This document shows positions 57,031-64,000 of a stretch of 64,000 bases of DNA, piece after piece. Where the stretch lies: the NCBI GenBank assembly GCA_963708135.1, contig OY970192.1:4960001-5024000 (forward strand), in the 5' to 3' direction. Source of the stretch: an uncultured Gemmatimonadales bacterium (GTDB taxonomy: Bacteria; Gemmatimonadota; Gemmatimonadetes; Longimicrobiales; RSA9). Position numbers and translations under genes: made by a program. Each line of letters starts with the position of its first letter. Positions within the stretch are counted from its first letter, which is position 1. Below the pieces are notes generated by a model, which made no database searches, was not told where the DNA came from, and saw only the letters and a list, made by a program, of their open reading frames with translations.

Positions 57031-58473
57031 TCAGCCGAGCGAGGCTTCGCACGCGCGCGCGAGTGCCCGGACGAACCCCGCGCTGTGATCCGTGCCCATC
57101 CGCGTGGCCGTGCCCGAGTCCGAGGACCCCGATCCCGACGCCGCGCCCCCCGAGCCCCGACCCCCGAGTCCCGCATCCCGCTCCGCAGCCAGGAACGGAT
57201 CCATCACCGTGGACCGGAGCACCACCAGCCCCTCCGGCCCGCTGGCCTTCCACTCCTCGGGCGTGCACACGCCGAGCCGCTCGAGCACCGGGTCCACCGC
57301 GCCGTCGTACATCGGCGTCTGGAACCGGGTGCGGGTGATGATGTAGTCGGGCGCCGCGCCCGGCCGGCCGAGCGACATCTGCGCGTAGATCCGCTCGTTG
57401 AGCCCGTTCAGCTCCTCGAGCGAGTTGAGCGAGGGGTGCGCCACCACCCAGCAGACGATGTTGATGTCGGGCTCGGGCAGCAGCACGAGGTGGAACTCGC
57501 CGAGATCCTCGTCCGCCAGCGCGCCGTAGAGCAGTCGCGCCCCGGGGTCGATGGCCACGAGCTGGCGCGCGCGCCGCTCCTTCAGCAGGAACGCGCCGGC
57601 CGGGTAGGGGATGTAGCCGAGCTTGTGCGGGTCGATCGTCACGCTGTCCGCCTCGCCCAGCGCCGCCACGCCGGCCACCCACTCGTCGCTCGGCCAGTCG
57701 GTGCCCATCTCGGCGCGGATCTCTTCCGCAGGGCGACGTCGCCCTTCCGCGTTACGCGTGACCGCCGCCGCGTAGCCGCCGTACGCCGCGTCCGAGTGGA
57801 TATGGTAGCTGACGCCGAGCTCGCGCTCCGCGCGGCGGCGCACCTCGAGCACGAGGTCGAGCCGGTCCACGGCGCTCTCCTCCGTCGTGCCGCACACGCT
57901 CACGCACGCCTGGATCGGCACGCGCCGCTCCGTCAGGCGGAGCACCGTCCGCCACAGAGCGTCCGGGTCCATGCGGTAGCGCACGTCCACGGGGACGTAG
58001 ACGAGCTGGTTCGAGCCGATGCCGAGGGCGCGCACGATCTTCTCCCAGGAGTAGTGCGCGGTGGCGGCGACGAGCACGACGCCCGCGGGCAGCGGGTCCC
58101 CGAAGGCGGCGGTGAGACGTCGCATGTACTCCTGGTAGCCGAGGGCGTTCAGCGAGTGCTCGTGCAGGGCGCGCTTCACGTCGGCCGGCGGCGCGGAGGC
58201 CCACAGCGCGCCCCACAGGTCGAGCGTGGCCGCGTTGGAGATGTTGAGCAGCTCCCAGAGCCCGAGCCGGTCCAGCCGTTCGCGGCCGCCGCCCGGCACG
58301 TCCACCTCGAGCGTGACGCCGAGTGCCTGCGCCGCGCCGGAGGCGGCTACCGGCAGGTAGGCGAGGTTGCGCGCGATCCAGAGCGCCTCGAGGTGACGGG
58401 CGAGGCCTCGATGGCCACGTTGCGGTCCCAGGAACCACGCGTAGAGCGCCTCGCGGGTGTCGTCCGTCGTCAT
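57031..58473 (-). pseudogene. Group II PLP-dependent decarboxylase (tyrosine decarboxylase-like), internally deleted
   Basis: AWFLGP, EALWIARN, HYSWEK, GTTEESAVD, HSDAAYGGY, DPHKLGY present, but large conserved blocks appear missing and NVAIEASPVT lies in another frame. Confidence 0.7.
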
Positions 58474-58648
58474 GGCCGTCCGTCCTCTCGCGGCATCGGG
58501 TTGCTCGCCGGAATGTCGGCGGGGCGGCGGAAGCCAGCAAGGCGACGTCGCCGCATGGCGGGGACCGGCGCGGCCCGGTTATCTTCGGTGCGGAGTCATC
58601 GCCCGAGGAAGCCGACCGCGAAGCGCGCTTCCCAGCCGAGGAGCCCCC

Positions 58649-59233
58649 ATGGCGACGCCGCCGCCGACACCGCCCGCCCTCCCGTCCGAGTCCGACGGCC
58701 CCCGTCCGATCGCCGTGCTTCACGGCTTCGTGCTGCTGCTCTTCTGGACGCAGGCGCTATGGCTGTGGGCACGGCTGCCGGCGCGGATCCCCGTCCACTT
58801 CGGCGGGGACGGGCTGCCGGACCGGTGGCTCCACGCGACGCCGCTGGCGTGGCTCGCCCTGCCGCTGACGGGGACGGCCCTCTCGGGGCTGGTCTGGGGC
58901 ATCGGCCGGTGGGCCGCGACGGTGCCGCGACTCTGGAACGTCCCCGAGAAGGAGCGGTTCCTCGCGCTCTCGCCGCAGGCCCGTGCCCCGATCGTCGGTA
59001 CCGTCCGCGGCTTCCTGGATGGCGTGGGCATCCTGACGATCGTCTTCTTCGACCTGATCCAGTGGTGGACCTATCGCACCGCCGTCGGCGCGGTCGCGGG
59101 GCTGCCTCGGCTGTTCTCCCTCTTCATCGGGCTCGTCGTGGTGGCCGCCGTCCTTGCCAGCGCCCTCCTCTACGTCCGCCTGCAGCGCCAGATCCTCGAA
59201 GCCTCGGCGGCCACGTGGCCGAGGCGCGCGTGA
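58649..59233 (+). CDS. DUF1648 domain membrane protein
   Basis: LPARIPVHFGGDGLPDRW motif, about 4 TM helices, GAGGAG RBS. Confidence 0.8.
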   Translation: MATPPPTPPALPSESDGPRPIAVLHGFVLLLFWTQALWLWARLPARIPVHFGGDGLPDRWLHATPLAWLALPLTGTALSGLVWGIGRWAATVPRLWNVPEKERFLALSPQARAPIVGTVRGFLDGVGILTIVFFDLIQWWTYRTAVGAVAGLPRLFSLFIGLVVVAAVLASALLYVRLQRQILEASAATWPRRA

Positions 59234-59298
59234 GCGTCCCGGGCGGGCTCTCCGCGCGCGCGCCGGAGCCGCTCCGGCGGCGGGGCCGGCCGAAACGG

Positions 59299-59805
59299 AT
59301 GCCCGCCCTCGTCCGGGCCGTCCTGGCGGTCGCGCTGCTCGCCGCCCTCGCCCCGACGGCCCGCGGCCAGGACGCACCCCCCGCCGGGGTGGACAGCGCG
59401 CTCCACGCCGCGCTCCAGGCGGTCCGCCCGGGCAGCGTCGTGCGCGTCGAGCTGGCCGGCGACGGCAGCCTGGCCGGGCCGCTTCTCGCCGTGTCCGCCG
59501 ACACGCTCCGCCTCGGCGGGACGGGAGCGCTGCCGCTCGACCGCCTGCGAACCGTCTGGGTGCGCGGCCGCCACACCCGCCGCGGCGCGACGATCGGCGC
59601 CATTGCCGGGGGCGCGGGCGGGCTCGCGGCGGGCGTCTTCTTCGGGGCCGTCGTGGCGGCGGTCTGCGAGTACGACTGCCCCCGCCCGGGCCACGCCATG
59701 GTCGTGGGCGGGCTGCTGGGCGGCGTCGGCGGGGCGCTCGGCGGGGGCGTGCTCGGCGCGATCATCGGGGCGGCCGTCCCGCGCTGGGAGCGGCGCTGGC
59801 CATGA
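59299..59805 (+). CDS. Hypothetical exported protein with glycine-zipper-like helices
   Basis: Signal peptide, GA-rich hydrophobic segments, ATGA overlap with next gene; start could be GTG 59230. Confidence 0.6.
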   Translation: MPALVRAVLAVALLAALAPTARGQDAPPAGVDSALHAALQAVRPGSVVRVELAGDGSLAGPLLAVSADTLRLGGTGALPLDRLRTVWVRGRHTRRGATIGAIAGGAGGLAAGVFFGAVVAAVCEYDCPRPGHAMVVGGLLGGVGGALGGGVLGAIIGAAVPRWERRWP

Positions 59806-60473
59806 GCGGGGCTCGGGGTTCGGCGGCTCGGGACTCGGAGGCCGGGAGCGGAGCGCACGGGTGGCTCTGGCGGGTCGCTGTCGCGGCGCTCGCCCTGGCG
59901 GCGCTCATCCCCGACAGGCCGGCGGCGGCCCAGCTGCCCCGCCTGCTCCAGCTCGGCGCGGTCCGGATCGGGCCGGCCTATGGCCGCTTCTCGGACGCGG
60001 ACGAAGGCGGCCTCGGCGGGAACGCCGCGTTTACCGCGGTGTTTGCGAACGGCCGCCTGTCCGTGGGCCCCGAGGTCGGCTGGTACGGGCTCGGCCGCAA
60101 CGCCCGCCAGGTCCCGGCGTTCTGTCCCGCGGGCCAGGCCGTCACCGGCCCCTGCATCGTCACGGAGAAGGTGAGCGAGAGCGCGTTCGAGCTCGGCGCC
60201 ATCGCCGTCGCGGAGCCCTGGCCGGGGCGCCCCGTGTCGCCGTACGCGCTGGGCGCGGTGGTCCTCGATTCGTGGCGCAGCAGGACGTCCGGCAATCCGG
60301 CCGGCTCCCTCGAGCTCCTCGGCTACGGGCTCGGTGCCGGCCTCCGCATCGGCCCCGAGCCCGGCCCGGCCGCCCTCCTGGAGGCGCGCTGGCACGGCCG
60401 CGCGTCGAACGCCGCCGACACGAACCTCGCCGGCTTCTTCACGCTGGGAGTGAGCCTGCGCTACGGGTGGTGA
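59802..60473 (+). CDS. Hypothetical outer-membrane beta-barrel protein
   Basis: Signal peptide, alternating beta pattern, SPYALG, terminal VSLRYGW. Confidence 0.6.
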   Translation: MSGARGSAARDSEAGSGAHGWLWRVAVAALALAALIPDRPAAAQLPRLLQLGAVRIGPAYGRFSDADEGGLGGNAAFTAVFANGRLSVGPEVGWYGLGRNARQVPAFCPAGQAVTGPCIVTEKVSESAFELGAIAVAEPWPGRPVSPYALGAVVLDSWRSRTSGNPAGSLELLGYGLGAGLRIGPEPGPAALLEARWHGRASNAADTNLAGFFTLGVSLRYGW

Positions 60474-60555
60474 GGCCATCCGGCCCGCCCTTGACAGCCG
60501 CCCGCCCACCCGCGGAATTGACCGGACCCGACGACACGCCATCCGCGAGGCCGCC

Positions 60556-61452
60556 ATGCGTTTCCCTGCGCTCCGCCATGCCCCCGCCCTCCTGCTCCTC
60601 GGGCTGGCGGGCGCGGCTCCGCCCGGTGCCGGCGGCGGGGCGTGGCCCGCCGCCGCGCCCCCCGTCGCCTACCAGAAGCCCGGCGACGCCTATGCCATCT
60701 ACGCCGTGCGCTACGGCACCGTGGCCAGCTTCCCGCTGCGCGGGCTGATCCCCGGCTCGCCGCGCGGCGAGACGCTGCCGATCGCGATGGTGGTGTGGGT
60801 GGTGAAGGGCAACGGGCACACGATCCTCTTCGACTCCGGGTTCCACCACCCCGACTGGATCGAGCGATTCCACGTGACCGACTACATGCGGCCCGACTCC
60901 GCGGTGCGCGAGGCGGGCATCGATCCCGATTCCGTGACCGACATCGTGATCAGCCACGCGCACTGGGACCACATGGGCGGGCTTGACCTGTTCCCGAAGG
61001 CCGAGGTGTGGATCCAGAAGGCCGAGTACCAGTACTACACGGGCGCGGCCTGGCAGCCGGGCGGCCGCCACGGCGGCATCGACCCGCGCGACCTCGCCGT
61101 GCTCCTCCAGCGCAACACCCAGGGGAAGGTGCACTGGATCGATGGCGACGACGTCGAGATCTTCCCCGGCATCCGGGCCTTCACCGGCGGCCGCCACACC
61201 TTCGCCTCGGAGTACCTGCTCGTGCAGAGCGATCCGCCCTACATCCTGGCCTCCGACAACTGCTACCTCTACAAGAACCTGGATGAGCACCGCCCCGTGG
61301 CCACCTTCGAACCCGAGGACAGCACGGCCAACCTGAAGGCGCAGGCGCGCATGCTCGAGCTGGCCGGCGCGGAGGAGCGCATCGTCCCCGGCCACGATCC
61401 GCTCCAGTTCGAGCGCTTCCCCACCCACGGCCGCGTGGCGAGGATCCGCTGA
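60556..61452 (+). CDS. Secreted MBL-fold hydrolase (AHL-lactonase-like family)
   Basis: FDSG, SHAHWDHMGG, RHT, ASD, PGHD. Confidence 0.85.
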   Translation: MRFPALRHAPALLLLGLAGAAPPGAGGGAWPAAAPPVAYQKPGDAYAIYAVRYGTVASFPLRGLIPGSPRGETLPIAMVVWVVKGNGHTILFDSGFHHPDWIERFHVTDYMRPDSAVREAGIDPDSVTDIVISHAHWDHMGGLDLFPKAEVWIQKAEYQYYTGAAWQPGGRHGGIDPRDLAVLLQRNTQGKVHWIDGDDVEIFPGIRAFTGGRHTFASEYLLVQSDPPYILASDNCYLYKNLDEHRPVATFEPEDSTANLKAQARMLELAGAEERIVPGHDPLQFERFPTHGRVARIR

Positions 61453-62843
61453 TGGCCGATCCCATCGAGGCACCGCCGCAGGCGCACCTCGCCCGGCGCT
61501 TCGGGCTGCTGCCGGCCACCGCGCTCAACATGACCAACATGATCGGGATCGGGCCGTTCATCACGATCCCGCTGCTCATGTCGGCGCTGGGCGGACCGCA
61601 GGCCATGGTGGGCTGGCTCGTCGCCCTCATCATCGTCATCTGCGACGGCATGGTCTGGAGCGAGCTCGGCGCCGCCATGCCGGGCTCCGGCGGCTCGTTC
61701 GTCTACCTGCGCGAGGCGTTCGGCCGCGAGAGGTTCGGCCGCCTCATGGCCTTCCTCTTCGTCTGGCAGTTCGTGCTCAGCGGGCCGCTCGAGATCGCCT
61801 CCGGCTACATCGGCTTCGCCGACTACGCGCGCTACATCTGGAAGGGCCTCGGCGAGGGTGGCACCCTCGCCCTGATCGTCGCCGTGGGGGTGCTGAACAT
61901 CGTGCTCCTCTACCGGCGCATCCACTCCATCGCGAAGATCACCGTCAGCCTCTGGGTCGGCACGCTGATCACCGTCGCGGCGGTGGTGGCCACGGGCGCC
62001 GCGCACTTCGATCCCCGCGTCGCCTTCGACTTCCCGGCCGGCGCGTTCCACTTTTCGCTCGGCTTCTTCTTCGGCCTCGGCGCCGCGTCCCGCATCGGCG
62101 TCTACGACTACCTCGGCTACTACGACATCTGCTACATCGGCGACGAGGTGCGCGACCCCGGCCGCGTGATTCCGCGTTCCATCCTCATCAGCACCGCCGC
62201 CGTGGCCGTCATCTACCTCGCCATCAACCTCTCCATCATCGGCGTCGTGCCGTGGCGCGACTTCGTGCCCGCGGCCACGCACCCCGCGGCCAACTTCGTC
62301 GTCTCCATCTTTATGGAGCGGATCTGGGGCACGCGCGTGGCCACCGTCTTCACGCTCATGATCCTGTGGACCGCGTTCGGCTCCGTCTTCGCGCTGCTGC
62401 TCGGCTACTCGCGCATCCCCTTCGCCGCCGCCGAGAGCGGCTACTTCTTCAAGGCGTTCGGCCGGCTGCACCCGACCAAGGGATTCCCCTACGTCTCGCT
62501 CCTCGTGCTCGGGATCATCTCCATCCTGGCCGGCTTCATCTCCCTCGGCACCGTCATCGACGCGCTCATCGTCACCCGCATCCTCGTCCAGTTCATCGGA
62601 CAGGTCTTCGGCGTCATCGCGCTCCGCCGCCGCGCGCCCGACCTGCCCCGGCCCTACCGCATGTGGCTCTATCCCGTGCCCGCGCTGGTGGCGCTCCTCG
62701 GCTGGACCTTCATCTTCATCACCACCGACATCCGCGTCATCCTCTTCGGCCTCGCCGTGCTCGCGCTCGGCGTGCTCGCCTTCATGGCCTGGTCCTGGCA
62801 GACCCGGCGCTGGCCCTTCACTCTGGAGCAGGCGACACCGTGA
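61452..62843 (+). CDS. APC family permease
   Basis: MIGIGPF, SELGAAMPGSGGSFVYL, GDEVRDPGRVIP, LHP, RPYR. Confidence 0.9.
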   Translation: MADPIEAPPQAHLARRFGLLPATALNMTNMIGIGPFITIPLLMSALGGPQAMVGWLVALIIVICDGMVWSELGAAMPGSGGSFVYLREAFGRERFGRLMAFLFVWQFVLSGPLEIASGYIGFADYARYIWKGLGEGGTLALIVAVGVLNIVLLYRRIHSIAKITVSLWVGTLITVAAVVATGAAHFDPRVAFDFPAGAFHFSLGFFFGLGAASRIGVYDYLGYYDICYIGDEVRDPGRVIPRSILISTAAVAVIYLAINLSIIGVVPWRDFVPAATHPAANFVVSIFMERIWGTRVATVFTLMILWTAFGSVFALLLGYSRIPFAAAESGYFFKAFGRLHPTKGFPYVSLLVLGIISILAGFISLGTVIDALIVTRILVQFIGQVFGVIALRRRAPDLPRPYRMWLYPVPALVALLGWTFIFITTDIRVILFGLAVLALGVLAFMAWSWQTRRWPFTLEQATP

Positions 62844-64000
62844 CCTCCATCTTCCCCGCCCGCCGCACCCTCGTCCTCGCCACCAGCCTCACGCTGGCCC
62901 TGGCCGCCGCGCTGGCCGCGCAGCGAACCGAATCCGGCGGAAACGTCGATGCATCCGGCGCGGTGCCCATGCGCATCGGCCGAGGCCGGGAGAAACCGGA
63001 TTCGGATTCCGCTTCGCTGGATTCGGATTCGGATTCGTTCGGCCGCATCCCTCGGCCGCCCGCTCCTTCGGCATCCCGCCTCTCTCTGAACGCCGGCTGG
63101 CGCATCCAGTCCTCCGCGAAGGTCCGCGCAGCCGGCGGCGTCATCTCGCGCGCCGGCTCCCCGGTCGCCGGCTGGCGCGCCGCCACCCTCCCCGCCACCG
63201 TCCTCGCCGCGCTCGTGGCCGACGGCGTCTATCCGGACCCGTACCACGGCATGAACCTGCGGCGCATACCGGGAACGACATACCCGGTCGGCTACAACTT
63301 CTCCCACATCGAGATGCCGGACTCGAGCCCCTTCGCCGTGCCGTGGTGGTACCGGAAGACGTTTCGCGTGCCGGCATCCATGGCAGGCAAGCACCTCGCG
63401 CTGCACTTCGACGGCATCAACTACCGCGCGAACATCTGGCTGAACGGCAGGCGCATCGCGGACTCGACCGAGGTGGCCGGCGCGTACCGGCGCTACGACC
63501 TGGACATCACGGACGCCGTGCGGCCAGGCGTGGTCAACGTGCTGGCGGTCGAGGTCTTCCCGCCCACGCCGCACGACCTGGCCATCACGTGGGTGGACTG
63601 GAACCCGGCTCCTCCCGACAAGGACATGGGGCTCTGGCACGGCGTGTATCTCACGGCCAGCGGGCCGGTGCAGATCCGCTATCCGTACGTGATCACGAAG
63701 GTCGCACCGTCGCTCGACACGGCGGAGCTCACCGTCGTCGCCGAGCTACGGAACCTGAGCGGGAGCGCGGTCAAGGGGGTGCTGCGCGGGACGATCGCGG
63801 CACCGGCGCGGGAGGGCAGTGGACGGGATGGAGGCGGCGAGGAGCCGGGCGGTTCCGGCGGTTCCCCGGTCCGGCCCGCCGCCGGGCGCGCGCCCCGCGC
63901 CGGCGGCGCAGAACGCGCCGGCAACGGTGCGCGCGGGAGCGTCGCCTTCGAGAAGCCGGTCGAGCTCGGCCCCCACGACAGCGTGACGGTGCGCCTCACG
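62840..64000 (+). CDS. GH2 glycoside hydrolase (exo-beta-D-glucosaminidase/beta-mannosidase-like), partial
   Basis: Manual translation from GTG 62840: signal peptide, PATVLAALV, YPDPY, PWWYR, FDGINYRANIWLNG, WVDWNPAPPDKDMGLW. Confidence 0.85.
   Translation, partial: MTSIFPARRTLVLATSLTLALAAALAAQRTESGGNVDASGAVPMRIGRGREKPDSDSASLDSDSDSFGRIPRPPAPSASRLSLNAGWRIQSSAKVRAAGGVISRAGSPVAGWRAATLPATVLAALVADGVYPDPYHGMNLRRIPGTTYPVGYNFSHIEMPDSSPFAVPWWYRKTFRVPASMAGKHLALHFDGINYRANIWLNGRRIADSTEVAGAYRRYDLDITDAVRPGVVNVLAVEVFPPTPHDLAITWVDWNPAPPDKDMGLWHGVYLTASGPVQIRYPYVITKVAPSLDTAELTVVAELRNLSGSAVKGVLRGTIAAPAREGSGRDGGGEEPGGSGGSPVRPAAGRAPRAGGAERAGNGARGSVAFEKPVELGPHDSVTVRLT

Noticed and set aside
60491..60520. sigma70 promoter from a perfect TTGACA
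   Set aside because: No convincing -10 hexamer at 16-18 nt spacing.

Overview
Very GC-rich bacterial DNA. Gene content (TamAB, ADOP permease, M14/M28 peptidases, TonB receptor) suggests a Gemmatimonadota-like diderm; this is an inference. It holds about 45 genes: envelope and transport functions (tamAB, hmuTUV-like heme ABC, TonB receptor, MFS, GbsR-regulated RND efflux operon), hydrolases and oxidoreductases, a lower-GC restriction-modification island with a frameshifted endonuclease, and several REP-like repeat clusters. Two things stand out. (1) An unannotated 37-aa leader peptide with an MCACCMCM tract sits inside a complete trp-style 1:2 / 2:3 / 3:4 attenuator with an intrinsic terminator, in front of an ATP-grasp + flavin monooxygenase operon; this looks like a ribosome-based Cys/Met sensor controlling sulfur scavenging. 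(2) A translationally coupled five-gene corrinoid methyl-transfer operon (corrinoid protein, RACE activator, small 4-Cys protein, UroD/MtaA-family methyltransferase, homocysteine S-methyltransferase) has no pterin-binding module, suggesting folate-independent methionine synthesis from an unknown methyl donor. Three genes carry frameshifts or deletions that could be real decay or assembly error. I recognised no rRNA, tRNA, CRISPR array or transposase.
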